Shown in pieces: positions 19,056-28,041 of a stretch of 64,000 nt of DNA. The first letter of the stretch is position 1. Every line of letters begins with the position of its first letter. Source of the stretch: Gammaproteobacteria bacterium. GTDB taxonomy: Bacteria; Pseudomonadota; Gammaproteobacteria; UBA1113. Both the position numbers and the translations under genes were made by a program. Where the stretch lies: assembly GCA_021773305.1 (NCBI GenBank), contig JAJFKH010000085.1:4165-68164 (forward strand). Reading direction: 5' to 3'. Below the pieces are notes generated by a model that saw nothing but the letters and a program-made list of their open reading frames with translations, was not told where the DNA came from and searched no databases.

Positions 19056-19527
19056 TGACAATTTTTATAACGGCTTAGATCTACGCTGCCATGTATCAGG
19101 TGTATTGCTTGGATTTGATTTTGGTACGAAACGTATTGGTGTGGCCGTTGGACAAACTTTGCTTGCATCGGCAAATCCTTTGACTCCGTTGCTTGCAAAC
19201 GACGGCATCCCTAATTGGTCTGAAATAGACGATATACTGGATAAATGGCGGCCTGTGGGACTGGTTGTAGGGATCCCCTTCTATCGAGATGGCACGGCCT
19301 CAGAAACAACCTTTCAAGCGCGAAAATTCGCAAGACGATTAAAACTTCATACAAAGCTTCCCGTGTTTCCTATGGATGAAACCTTATCTAGCCAACGGGC
19401 TGAGGCTGAAATTGTCGCTCGAGAAGGCAAGGGCGCATTAAAAAAGTATTCTGTGGACAGTGTTGCCGCCTGCTTAATATTGGAAGATTGGTTGCAAAAT
19501 GTTGCAAATTGTTCAACAAATGATTAG
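19048..19527 (+). CDS. ruvX: Holliday-junction-resolvase-like nuclease RuvX (YqgF)
   Basis: LGFDFGTKRIGVAVG N-terminal motif. Start chosen at the Met overlapping the yqgE stop. Alternative starts exist between 19015 and 19108. Confidence 0.85.
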   Translation: MPDDNFYNGLDLRCHVSGVLLGFDFGTKRIGVAVGQTLLASANPLTPLLANDGIPNWSEIDDILDKWRPVGLVVGIPFYRDGTASETTFQARKFARRLKLHTKLPVFPMDETLSSQRAEAEIVAREGKGALKKYSVDSVAACLILEDWLQNVANCSTND

Positions 19528-19563
19528 AATGCTCGGGCTAATTGGCAACAATGAGATGATGAG

Positions 19564-20535
19564 ATGGATATTTCTCAATTACAACTGGACAGCGACGGTA
19601 AATTACGTCATTTTTTGAGCATTGATGGTTTAAACCGGCAAATCCTCACAGACATCCTTGATCGCGCAGATTCTTTTTTAGATATTACCCATCGTATCAA
19701 TAAGACCGTGGATTTATTGCAGGGCCGGACAGTCATTAATTTGTTTTTTGAAGCCAGTACACGGACTCGTACGACCTTTGAACTAGCCGAAAAACGCTTA
19801 TCTGCCGATATTATCAATCTAAATATTGCAACATCTGCCACCAATAAAGGTGAGTCCCTGTTAGACACCATACGTAACCTACAAGCCATGCAGTGTGACA
19901 TGTTTGTGATACGCCATGGGATGAGTGGTGCTTCACAGTTCATAGCGCAACATGTAGCACCTCATGTAGCGGTTGTTAATGGTGGTGATGGTTGGCATGC
20001 TCACCCAAGCCAAGCCATGTTAGATATGTATACGATTCGCCACCACAAGAAAAACTTTGAACCGCTGCGAGTGGCGATTGTAGGAGATGTCATGCATTCT
20101 CGAGTCGCTCGTTCACAAATTCATGCGCTGAATATGTTGGGCGTCCATGAAGTCCGCGTCATTGGTCCGAAAACATTAATGCCCACCGATATTGAAAAAA
20201 TGGGTGTCACGGTTTTTCACAAAATAGAGCAAGGCCTGAAGGATGTTGATGTGGTGATTATGTTGCGTTTACAAAACGAACGCATGCAAGGCGCATTCAT
20301 CCCCAACCAAGCAGAATTTTATCATACTTACGGATTAACGGCAGAGCGCTTCACGTTGGCAGCGCCTGATGCGATTGTGATGCACCCTGGGCCGATTAAT
20401 CGTGGTGTTGAAATTGAATCCACAGTGGCTGATAGCAAACACTCTGTTATTTTAGAGCAGGTTAACTTGGGGATTGCCGTACGCATGGCAATTTTAGCGA
20501 TGACGATTCGAACCAGTGGTGAGGCTTCGCGATGA
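19564..20535 (+). CDS. pyrB: Aspartate carbamoyltransferase catalytic chain
   Basis: [13 protein letters not shown] carbamoyl-phosphate motif, HPSQ, and HPGPINRG. Confidence 0.92.
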   Translation: MDISQLQLDSDGKLRHFLSIDGLNRQILTDILDRADSFLDITHRINKTVDLLQGRTVINLFFEASTRTRTTFELAEKRLSADIINLNIATSATNKGESLLDTIRNLQAMQCDMFVIRHGMSGASQFIAQHVAPHVAVVNGGDGWHAHPSQAMLDMYTIRHHKKNFEPLRVAIVGDVMHSRVARSQIHALNMLGVHEVRVIGPKTLMPTDIEKMGVTVFHKIEQGLKDVDVVIMLRLQNERMQGAFIPNQAEFYHTYGLTAERFTLAAPDAIVMHPGPINRGVEIESTVADSKHSVILEQVNLGIAVRMAILAMTIRTSGEASR

Positions 20536-21800
20536 CAACACGGTTAATTACAAATGCGCATATTGTTGATCCAGCACAGAACCTAAATAAAGTAGCGGAT
20601 CTTGCCATAGAAGATGACAAAATCCTTGCCGTAGGAACTCTTCCGGAAAGCTTTGTTCCAGAAACGATTATTGATGGCACAGGAAAATATTTGTTCCCAG
20701 GATTGATTGATCTTGCTGTGAATGTGACAGAAAAAAATATGGCACAAGAAGCTGCCGTAGCAGCCCAGGCTGGGGTGACGAGTATGTGTTGTGGGCCTAC
20801 CATCTCTTCTGTGATTGATGCGGTAGCTGAAGCGAGTTTAGTACAGAAAAGCAGAATCAATGATGGTGCAAAGATCTATCCAGTGGGTGCGTTGAGTATT
20901 GGACTGGAAGGAGAAAAAATGACTCCGATGGTCGCTTTAAAGGAAGCAGGTTGCATAGCATTTAGCAATGGCACTGGATCCATAAAAGATACTCGGGTGC
21001 GACGGCGCTGTTTTGAGTATGCGGCAAGCTTTGATTTGTTGGTGTTGATTCAAGCGGCGGATCCTTGGCTTGCAAAGGATGGCTGTGTTCATGAAGGGAT
21101 GATTAGTACACGGCTGGGATTACCTGCTATCCCCGCAGAGGCAGAGTCTATGGAAATTGCGCGTTGCCTACAGTTAATTGAATTAACCGGGGTGAGAGCG
21201 CATTTTTCAAAAATATCGGCAGGGCGCAGTCTTGATTTAATTGCAAAGGCCAAGGCCAAAGGGTTGCCCATTACGGCAGATGTTGCTATTCACCACTTAT
21301 GGTTAACCGATATGGATGTGGTGGACTTTAATAGCGTCTATCATGTACAACCTCCCCTTCGCTCAAGTCGAGATAGGCAGCTATTACGTGAAGGGTTACG
21401 AGAAGGGGTTATTGATGCTATTTGTTCCGATCATTGCCCGGTGGGTTTTGATGGAAAAATGTTGCCTTTTCAAGATTCTGTGCCGGGTATTGCGGGTATC
21501 GAAACGTTGTTGCCGCTGAGCATGCGGTTAGTTGATGAAGGGCTGTTAAGTTATAGCCAACTGATTGAAAAACTTTCAACTAATCCCGCTAAGATTTTGG
21601 ATCTTCCCCAGGGTGGACAGCTCTCGGCAGAGCAGCCAGCAGATTTACTACTTTATGATCCAAACGAGACGTTGCGATTAACAGAAGAAAATATTGGTAG
21701 TTCCGGCCATAACACGCCTTTTATGCATTGGGATTTTAACGGTGCAGTGACTATGGTGATGGTGGATGGGTCATTAAAAAAGGGTTCTCTATCGTCCTAA
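20532..21800 (+). CDS. pyrC': Dihydroorotase-like protein, probably the non-catalytic PyrC' subunit
   Basis: Amidohydrolase fold (C-terminal ICSDHCP). The metal-binding DxHxH motif is replaced by [10 protein letters not shown]. Overlaps pyrB by 4 nt, as in the Pseudomonas pyrB-pyrC' pair. Confidence 0.75.
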   Translation: MTTRLITNAHIVDPAQNLNKVADLAIEDDKILAVGTLPESFVPETIIDGTGKYLFPGLIDLAVNVTEKNMAQEAAVAAQAGVTSMCCGPTISSVIDAVAEASLVQKSRINDGAKIYPVGALSIGLEGEKMTPMVALKEAGCIAFSNGTGSIKDTRVRRRCFEYAASFDLLVLIQAADPWLAKDGCVHEGMISTRLGLPAIPAEAESMEIARCLQLIELTGVRAHFSKISAGRSLDLIAKAKAKGLPITADVAIHHLWLTDMDVVDFNSVYHVQPPLRSSRDRQLLREGLREGVIDAICSDHCPVGFDGKMLPFQDSVPGIAGIETLLPLSMRLVDEGLLSYSQLIEKLSTNPAKILDLPQGGQLSAEQPADLLLYDPNETLRLTEENIGSSGHNTPFMHWDFNGAVTMVMVDGSLKKGSLSS

Positions 21801-21842
21801 AAAAATAATGAAATTATGATTGATGTTATCAGACTTCGCGTG

Positions 21843-22207
21843 TTAGTTTAGAGAATAGGTTGCATTGGGATCATTTTTTGATTTTGTATTGCGTTTCAAG
21901 TAGTTTGCTTCCAGTAGTATATTTAGACGAGTTCTTGCAGTTCTTTGGGTCAGACTCCATACCTTTGCCATTTCACTAGTGCTAACTCGATCTTTTATCG
22001 ATAATATTTGTTTTAGTTGCACTAGCAAATGCAACACATTTAATGATGCCATCGGGTAACCATTTTATTTTCTATGCCAATAACAATAGTTCCGCCTGCG
22101 GTATTTGCAAAAGCAATAGCTGTTTTTATAATTTTCATTGGGCTGCTAACATTTTCTTTAAATTCTAAGATTTTGCTTTCTTCTTGTAGTAGTAAAGATT
22201 CAATCAC
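21843..22207 (-). pseudogene. Internally deleted AlbA_2 (Schlafen-type 'divergent AAA') / wHTH regulator gene
   Basis: The minus frame from GTG 22207 gives VIESLLLQEESKILEFKENVSSPMKIIKTAIAFANTAGGTIVIGIENK, the AlbA_2 signature, and stops at 22040. An overlapping 69-aa ORF (22052-21843) encodes only the C-terminal winged-helix tail. The usual 300-aa middle part is absent. Confidence 0.6.
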
Positions 22208-22411
22208 TGTAGTTCTCCATGAGGTTTACTAGGATCATATATGCTATTTACTCGGAAGCAAAAATTTCCCAGTAACCCAATCGGAAATTCAGGCGATCCG
22301 AGTAAAAATAATATGTTTTAAATAAAATAGTTATAAGGTGTTTGCCTTAATGTGAACACAAGGCGAGATGCTAAAAAAGGTAGCTCTACCTGGGGCAAGT
22401 CTATCAATGAC

Positions 22412-23032
22412 TCAATAAAAATGGTAAGCGATCCCCAAAGCCGTTAGGGTTTCGTTTTCTAATTTCCCACCTTCTCCGTGTACTCTCGCCCAGCTTAAAT
22501 CCACACTCCAATTCTTTTGAAAGTCATACACCATACCAAGGCCATAAGTCGGTCGAAAGTCATTATCTTCCACAGAGCTTTTAACGCCGGATATGCTGGA
22601 TGTTGCACTAACATCTAAGTAAGCGACGCCAAATTTACTATAAACCCGGAATGGTTCGGTGACAGGCAAATAAGCCAGTAAGACGACGTCTACTGATTGA
22701 GGTTTGATGCGTCCATTGACGCCAGTGACACCGTAAGCATTTTTTACAACCACATCGGCGTAGCGGGTGTAGCCCAGTTCGGCGCCAAAGAAGCGGTTGT
22801 ATTTGCGTCCCATATAAAGTCTGCCGCCAATACCATCGTTCTCAAGTTTCACAGGAGACGTGAAAATGCCACCGATAGAGCCAACACCCAGGCTGCTTTT
22901 TGTATAACTGGATTTTGCGTAGCCCAGCTGCATCCCCGCATACCAATCTTCTGGCGGAAGTGTGACGTCACCGTAGCAGATCGTACTGGTGAGGATGGCA
23001 AACAAACAAGCAGATAGTTTTTTATACAGCAT
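22412..23032 (-). CDS. Small outer-membrane beta-barrel protein (OmpA-like/opacity-type 8-strand barrel), paralog 1
   Basis: Signal peptide, alternating amphipathic beta-strands, and C-terminal aromatic GIAYHFY. Shares FRPTYGLGMVYDF with its neighbour. Confidence 0.75.
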   Translation of the reverse strand: MLYKKLSACLFAILTSTICYGDVTLPPEDWYAGMQLGYAKSSYTKSSLGVGSIGGIFTSPVKLENDGIGGRLYMGRKYNRFFGAELGYTRYADVVVKNAYGVTGVNGRIKPQSVDVVLLAYLPVTEPFRVYSKFGVAYLDVSATSSISGVKSSVEDNDFRPTYGLGMVYDFQKNWSVDLSWARVHGEGGKLENETLTALGIAYHFY

Positions 23033-23111
23033 AGTTCAGTGATCCCAGAGATTTTTTTGGAGAATGATCCGGTCGGTGGTATTTATACTCGGCCCGGATG
23101 CACAATACAAG

Positions 23112-23699
23112 CTAACCGAAGAAATAGGTCAGTCCAAAGCCGACTAAATCTGTTCTTCTGATGCCGCCACCTTCAGGGATCTGTAGCCAAGAAATCTCTG
23201 CTGTGAGGGCGGGGTAGAATTCGTAACTACCTCCAAGTCCATATATAGGTCGAAATGAGTGTTCATCGGAGAAGGTGGCTCCAGCATTTTTTGCTGGAGT
23301 ATTGGAAGAGCCATCGGCTTCTGCAAAAGCGACCCCCACTTTGGCGAAAACATTAGCACCGGAGGTGATGGGCATGATTAACTTACCTAGCACATCTAAA
23401 GATTGAGGAGTGACTTTTCCGGAAGCACCGCTCACACCACCAATATTTGAAAACTCAACACTGGAGTAGCGGTTGTAGCCGGTTTCAAGGGCAAAGTTCG
23501 CATTAAACTGATAACCTGCCTGGATTCGATAGCCTGTGCCTGAGTCGTCAACTTTGGCAGATCCGATCCCTTGATTGTTCGTACTGTAGTTTGATTCTGT
23601 CCAGGCCAATAAGAACCCAGAATAGCTACCTTTTTGAGCGCCTACTGCCAATCCTGTGGTACAGAACAACAATATAATAGTTTTCACTAGGATTTTCAT
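23112..23699 (-). CDS. Small outer-membrane beta-barrel protein, paralog 2
   Basis: Signal peptide ..GLAVGA. FRPIYGLGGSYEF and terminal GLTYFFG. Tandem paralog of 22412-23032. Confidence 0.75.
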   Translation of the reverse strand: MKILVKTIILLFCTTGLAVGAQKGSYSGFLLAWTESNYSTNNQGIGSAKVDDSGTGYRIQAGYQFNANFALETGYNRYSSVEFSNIGGVSGASGKVTPQSLDVLGKLIMPITSGANVFAKVGVAFAEADGSSNTPAKNAGATFSDEHSFRPIYGLGGSYEFYPALTAEISWLQIPEGGGIRRTDLVGFGLTYFFG

Positions 23700-23848
23700 G
23701 GCGATTCGTTTATCCCTGTTGGTTTGTCAGATTTATCTGTGCCGCGTCCCTAAATATACAGGAATGTTTTTGACTGACAAGTATTTTTGATTAAATCGTT
23801 CACTGGATGTACAATGTGACCCATGTAGAATAAAAACCAGAGGATCCG

Positions 23849-24382
23849 ATGGTGAAGTTACCTGATATAAAGGCTTGTTATTTAATTGGTTTTTTTGTGT
23901 CCGTCAGTGTTTTTGTTGGAGCGATTTACTTACAGGTGGAGATGGGGCTGGCTCCATGCCCTCTGTGCCAACTGCAACGGTTATTTTTGCTCTTGGTTGG
24001 CCTAGCTTTTTTGCTTGCAGCGTTGCAGGATCCTAAGGGTTTGAGTATTCGAATCTATGGTTTTCTCGGCTTACTTTTTTCCGGATTTGGTGTGCTTGTT
24101 GCGGGCAGACATTTGTACCTGCAATTTTTGCCTAGTGGAGAAGCACCTTCTTGTGTGGCAGGACTGGACTATTTGTTGAACACACTACCTATCGCCGAAG
24201 TCATTAAAATGACCCTTAGAGGAAACGATATTTGCGCTCAAGTTGGCTGGCAATTTTTAGGTTTGAGTATACCGGCTTGGTCGCTTCTCTTTTTTGTTTT
24301 TCTCGGACTGTTGAGTATCTTGCAGATTTGGCGGATCTGGAGCCTGCGCTCTGCATCACGCATAAAAAAAGGGGTGCTTTAA
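23849..24382 (+). CDS. dsbB: Disulfide bond formation protein DsbB
   Basis: Four TM helices, CPLC (CxxC) in the first periplasmic loop, and a second Cys pair (PSCVAG...DICAQV). Confidence 0.85.
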   Translation: MVKLPDIKACYLIGFFVSVSVFVGAIYLQVEMGLAPCPLCQLQRLFLLLVGLAFLLAALQDPKGLSIRIYGFLGLLFSGFGVLVAGRHLYLQFLPSGEAPSCVAGLDYLLNTLPIAEVIKMTLRGNDICAQVGWQFLGLSIPAWSLLFFVFLGLLSILQIWRIWSLRSASRIKKGVL

Positions 24383-24500
24383 AAAACACCCCCTTCACTA
24401 GGCTTGCCCTGGGCGTCCCTTGCCCAAGTCGTTTCTCTGAAGTTGCAATCCTTGCCCCTTCTTTCCTTGAGAAATCACAGCATCATCCCTAATGCATGAT
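24366..24500 (-). ncRNA. Candidate RsmY/RsmZ (CsrB-family) CsrA-sequestering sRNA
   Basis: The minus strand carries clustered AGGGA, AAGGAA, AAGGAU, AAGGGA and CAGGGC motifs, several in small hairpin loops (for example GGGC-AAGGGAC-GCCC). It ends in an intrinsic terminator, GGGGUGUUU-UUUA-AAGCACCCC followed by U7 (24393-24366). A possible promoter is TTGTCA-N17-TATCCT (24532-24504). No ORF is present. The 5' end is uncertain. Confidence 0.5.
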
Positions 24501-24782
24501 CTCAGGATAGGACAGAAATTTTTGTTTGACAAGCCGCTAACTCTCTGGTTTTATAGGATTTTTCACCTGACGCAAAATTAGTCAAAAACAAAAAGTATTT
24601 TATAATCATGAAGTTAAGCAATATTTTTTATCTAGAACCGTAGATCTCTTTGGTGATTCGTTGACCTTGTCTGTGAAATATTTGAGATATATCTTACGTC
24701 ACTTGGTGTTAATAAGTAAATTTTTAACATAAATCAATGGGTTATTACTGAGCAAAATGAATGACTCGTGCCAAGTATAAAC

Positions 24783-25574
24783 TTAAGCACGCGTCGAAAT
24801 GGCATTTGCCAGTCGAACAAAATCGCTCACCGATAGTTGTTCGGGTCTTTTGTTGCTGTCAATTTCTAGGTTATTAAACTGTGTATTATCGAGTAATGTT
24901 TTTAAGCTGTTACGCAGGGTTTTTCGTCGTTGATTAAATGCTATACGTACCACTTCAGCTAATTGCTCGTGATCTTGAGCTGGATGAGGAATTTTTTTAT
25001 GGGGTGTCAATCGTACTAAAGCTGATTGAACTTTAGGGGGTGGGGAGAAGGCACTTGGTGGAATCGTGAATAATTTTTGCGTGGTGCAGTGATACTGAAT
25101 CATTACTGAGAGTCTACCGTAGTCTTTGTTACCTGGTTGGGCGCAGATCCTATCAACCATTTCTTTTTGCAGCATAAAATGCATATCGTGAATAGAAGAA
25201 ATTTGTTTGATCAAATGAAAAATTAAAGGTGTCGAGATATTATAGGGCAAGTTTCCAATCAGTCGAATAGGCGTTGTGCCAAGTGCGGTAAAGTCAAATT
25301 TTAATGCGTCTCCTTGGTGGATCGTGATGTCTCCTATTGTTTCACATTGGGCTGCAATTTTGGGAATGAGACTTCGATCCAGTTCAACGGCTTGCATTTT
25401 TTCCGCAGCTTTTAATAGGGGAATGGTAATGGCACCAAGCCCAGGTCCGATCTCTACAATATTTTCCCCTTGTTTAGGATGAAAATGATAAACAATCTGT
25501 TCAATGATGCTTTGATCCGTCAGAAAATTCTGTCCGAAGCGCTTGCGAGGCTGGTGATTATCGATGCTTGTCAT
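24783..25574 (-). CDS. rsmA: 16S rRNA (adenine1518/1519-N6)-dimethyltransferase RsmA/KsgA
   Basis: KRFGQNFL N-terminus, SAM motif VEIGPGLGAIT, and NLPYNIS. Confidence 0.92.
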   Translation of the reverse strand: MTSIDNHQPRKRFGQNFLTDQSIIEQIVYHFHPKQGENIVEIGPGLGAITIPLLKAAEKMQAVELDRSLIPKIAAQCETIGDITIHQGDALKFDFTALGTTPIRLIGNLPYNISTPLIFHLIKQISSIHDMHFMLQKEMVDRICAQPGNKDYGRLSVMIQYHCTTQKLFTIPPSAFSPPPKVQSALVRLTPHKKIPHPAQDHEQLAEVVRIAFNQRRKTLRNSLKTLLDNTQFNNLEIDSNKRPEQLSVSDFVRLANAISTRA

Positions 25575-26550
25575 AATTGTCTGCTAATTGTGTTGCGAGG
25601 TGAATGGCAGCAAGTAGGCTATTTGCATGAGCCTTCCCAGTGCCTGCTAACTCACAGGCGGTTCCATGATCCACAGAGGTTCGGATAATTGGTAACCCCA
25701 AGGTGATGTTAATGCTTTCTCCAAAGCCTGCATATTTTAGCACAGGTAACCCTTGATCGTGATACATGACGAATACAGCATCGGCTTGAGTTAAATATTT
25801 TTCAGTAAACAGTGTGTCTGCGGGGAGAGGGCCTATAATCTTGTAGCCTTGTTTGCGTAGTTTATTTAAGCAAGGTTCAATGATATCAATTTCTTCTCGA
25901 CCTAAGTAGCCCTGTTCTCCTGCGTGAGGGTTGAGTCCTGAAACCAGGATAGTGGGGCTAGGAATATTAAATTTTTTCGTTAAATCTTCATGTAAAATAG
26001 TGAGTTTGGATGTAATGGTGTCACCTGTGATAGCGTGACTGACATCTTTCAACGGTAAGTGGGTGGTTGCTAGGGCAACCCGTAATTTGTCATTGGCGAG
26101 CATCATCACGGTCTCGGCGTCATGGCATTGTTTCGCAATAAATTCTGTTTGTCCGGTGAAAGGAATATCTGCGTCATTAATGATTCCTTTATGAACTGGC
26201 CCTGTGACCATGGCGGAAAAATCGCCTTTGATGCAACCTTGAGTTGCAGCGTTGAGGCATGCCAGCACATAAGAAGCATTTTTTTTATCAAGTTTGCCGG
26301 GTATGGTAGGGTATGAGCATTCTACAGGAAAAACGTATAACTGATTTGCTTGGTGGGGTGTTACCTGAGATAGATCCTCAATAATTTTTAAGGTGACTGG
26401 GCTATTTAATTTTTTTGCGCGCTCAGCCATGAGAGAGGGATCAGCGATCACAACATGATTGGGTAATGTGCTTGATGCAAGAGATAGTATTAAATCAGGC
26501 CCAATACCCGCAGGCTCTCCTGTTGTTATCGCAAGGGGTTTTGTTGTCAT
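25558..26550 (-). CDS. pdxA: 4-hydroxythreonine-4-phosphate dehydrogenase PdxA
   Basis: GEPAGIGPD N-terminus, LNPHAGE, and TSVDHGTA motifs. Overlaps rsmA as in the conserved operon. Confidence 0.92.
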   Translation of the reverse strand: MTTKPLAITTGEPAGIGPDLILSLASSTLPNHVVIADPSLMAERAKKLNSPVTLKIIEDLSQVTPHQANQLYVFPVECSYPTIPGKLDKKNASYVLACLNAATQGCIKGDFSAMVTGPVHKGIINDADIPFTGQTEFIAKQCHDAETVMMLANDKLRVALATTHLPLKDVSHAITGDTITSKLTILHEDLTKKFNIPSPTILVSGLNPHAGEQGYLGREEIDIIEPCLNKLRKQGYKIIGPLPADTLFTEKYLTQADAVFVMYHDQGLPVLKYAGFGESINITLGLPIIRTSVDHGTACELAGTGKAHANSLLAAIHLATQLADNYDKHR

Positions 26551-26574
26551 AGAGAGAGCCGAGCCATTATTTAA

Positions 26575-27015
26575 TTAATGGCTATTTAGCATCATTTTGG
26601 CTGTTGGCATATTGTAAGCGAAACCGGAGTCTGGAGTGCTAACTACCACAGATAATTCTGGGGCGCTTGTGGGGTAACGACAACTCCACCAGATTTCACC
26701 ACTACCAATTTTTACTGGGAACGCTTTATAGCTGGTAGAGCCAGTGAGTGTTTGCAAGTAGTTATCTGCAACGGTAAGGGCGTCTTGCCAGGTTGCTGCT
26801 GTAATGTTGCCCTCAGCCACTAGCCAAGGGTAAGGTGTACCTAGGTAAAGGTAGCCACTGTGGGATACCACAAATTGATAACCTTCTTGTTCAATAAAAT
26901 CTAGAGGAACCGTTCGGACGACATTGGCACCAGGGCAGATGGGGGGTGAAACGGCAAATGCGCTAGCAGAAACGAAAGAGACAAGAACTGTCAACAAAAC
27001 GAGCAGTTTTTTCAT
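26575..27015 (-). CDS. Small secreted hypothetical protein (146 aa)
   Basis: Clear Sec signal peptide MKKLLVLLTVLVSFVSASAFA. Two Cys residues. No recognisable family. Confidence 0.55.
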   Translation of the reverse strand: MKKLLVLLTVLVSFVSASAFAVSPPICPGANVVRTVPLDFIEQEGYQFVVSHSGYLYLGTPYPWLVAEGNITAATWQDALTVADNYLQTLTGSTSYKAFPVKIGSGEIWWSCRYPTSAPELSVVVSTPDSGFAYNMPTAKMMLNSH

Positions 27016-27149
27016 GTTTTTCCCTATGTTTTAGTGAATAAAGGTGATGTCACTGAAGACTCAATGGTACTGTTTTTTATCCATTATGGCAAATATGGGT
27101 AGGGAGTGGTGGCACTCATTCTATATTTGATGAGATTATGGAAATTAGC

Positions 27150-27971
27150 TTAATAATAGTGACGTTCCAGGCGCATTTTGTTCAATATTTTCGTAGCAAT
27201 TTCTTCCACAGAGCGCGTGGTTGTATTAAGGTAGCGTATATTCTCTTGTTTGAATATTTTTTCAACTCTACTGATCTCTTCTCTGCATTGTTCAATGGAT
27301 GCATAACGGCTATTGGGACGTCTTTCTTGGCGGATGGAACGCAGGCGCTGAGGGTCAATGGTTAAACCAAATAATTTATGCTGATGCTCTTTGAGAAAAT
27401 CGGGTAGCTTAAATTGGCCTAAATCTTCTTCGGTCATAGGATAATTGGCCACATAAATTCCAAAATGCAGAGCAAGGTAGAGGGAGGTGGGGGTTTTACC
27501 GCTTCGAGAAACGCCCACAATAATCAATTCTGCATGCTCATAATTTTGGATCCCTACGCCATCATCACAGGACATGGCAAAATTAAGTGCATCAATGCGG
27601 TGGTTATAGCCCTGATTATCTTCGATTCCATGACGTTTACCAATGTTAATATTGGATTGGACATTAAGCTCATTTTCAAGGGGAGTGATAAATGCATTAA
27701 AAAAGTTCAATATGACCCCATTCGCCTCTTCTAATTGCTGCTGAATGTCAGGTTCTACGACGCTAGCAAAGACAATGGCCCGCTCGCCATTGATTTCACT
27801 GTCTTTATTAATTTTAGCGACAGCTTTTTCAGCTTTTTCTTTTGAATCCACAAAAGGTAGGGTAAAATACTCAAAGGTTATGTTTTCAAATTGGGTTAGT
27901 AAGCTTCGTCCGAGGGCTTCCACCGTTATGCCAGTTCTGTCAGAGACAAAGAATACAGACCGTTTCATCAT
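27150..27971 (-). CDS. ppsR: PEP synthase regulatory protein PpsR (bifunctional kinase/pyrophosphorylase, DUF299)
   Basis: VFFVSDRTGITVEALG N-terminus and P-loop GVSRSGKTPTS. Divergent from ppsA as in E. coli. Confidence 0.9.
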   Translation of the reverse strand: MMKRSVFFVSDRTGITVEALGRSLLTQFENITFEYFTLPFVDSKEKAEKAVAKINKDSEINGERAIVFASVVEPDIQQQLEEANGVILNFFNAFITPLENELNVQSNINIGKRHGIEDNQGYNHRIDALNFAMSCDDGVGIQNYEHAELIIVGVSRSGKTPTSLYLALHFGIYVANYPMTEEDLGQFKLPDFLKEHQHKLFGLTIDPQRLRSIRQERRPNSRYASIEQCREEISRVEKIFKQENIRYLNTTTRSVEEIATKILNKMRLERHYY

Positions 27972-28041
27972 GATTCCTGGATTGATTTTTGAACGTCAAG
28001 GATACGATATATCTGCTAAAACGCAAGCCACGAGGTAATTT

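Noticed and set aside
24232-24492. 86-aa plus-strand ORF spanning the dsbB 3' end and the GGA-rich intergenic segment
   Set aside because: It overlaps dsbB out of frame and reads through the terminator hairpin. The region is better explained by the minus-strand sRNA candidate.
24526-24556. Plus-strand TTGACA-N17/18-TTTATA promoter-like sequence in the dsbB-rsmA gap
   Set aside because: It would fire into an AT-rich stretch with no ORF and then antisense to rsmA. The TTGACAA/TTGTCAA core is palindromic, and the minus-strand reading fits the downstream sRNA and terminator better. It cannot be excluded without TSS data.
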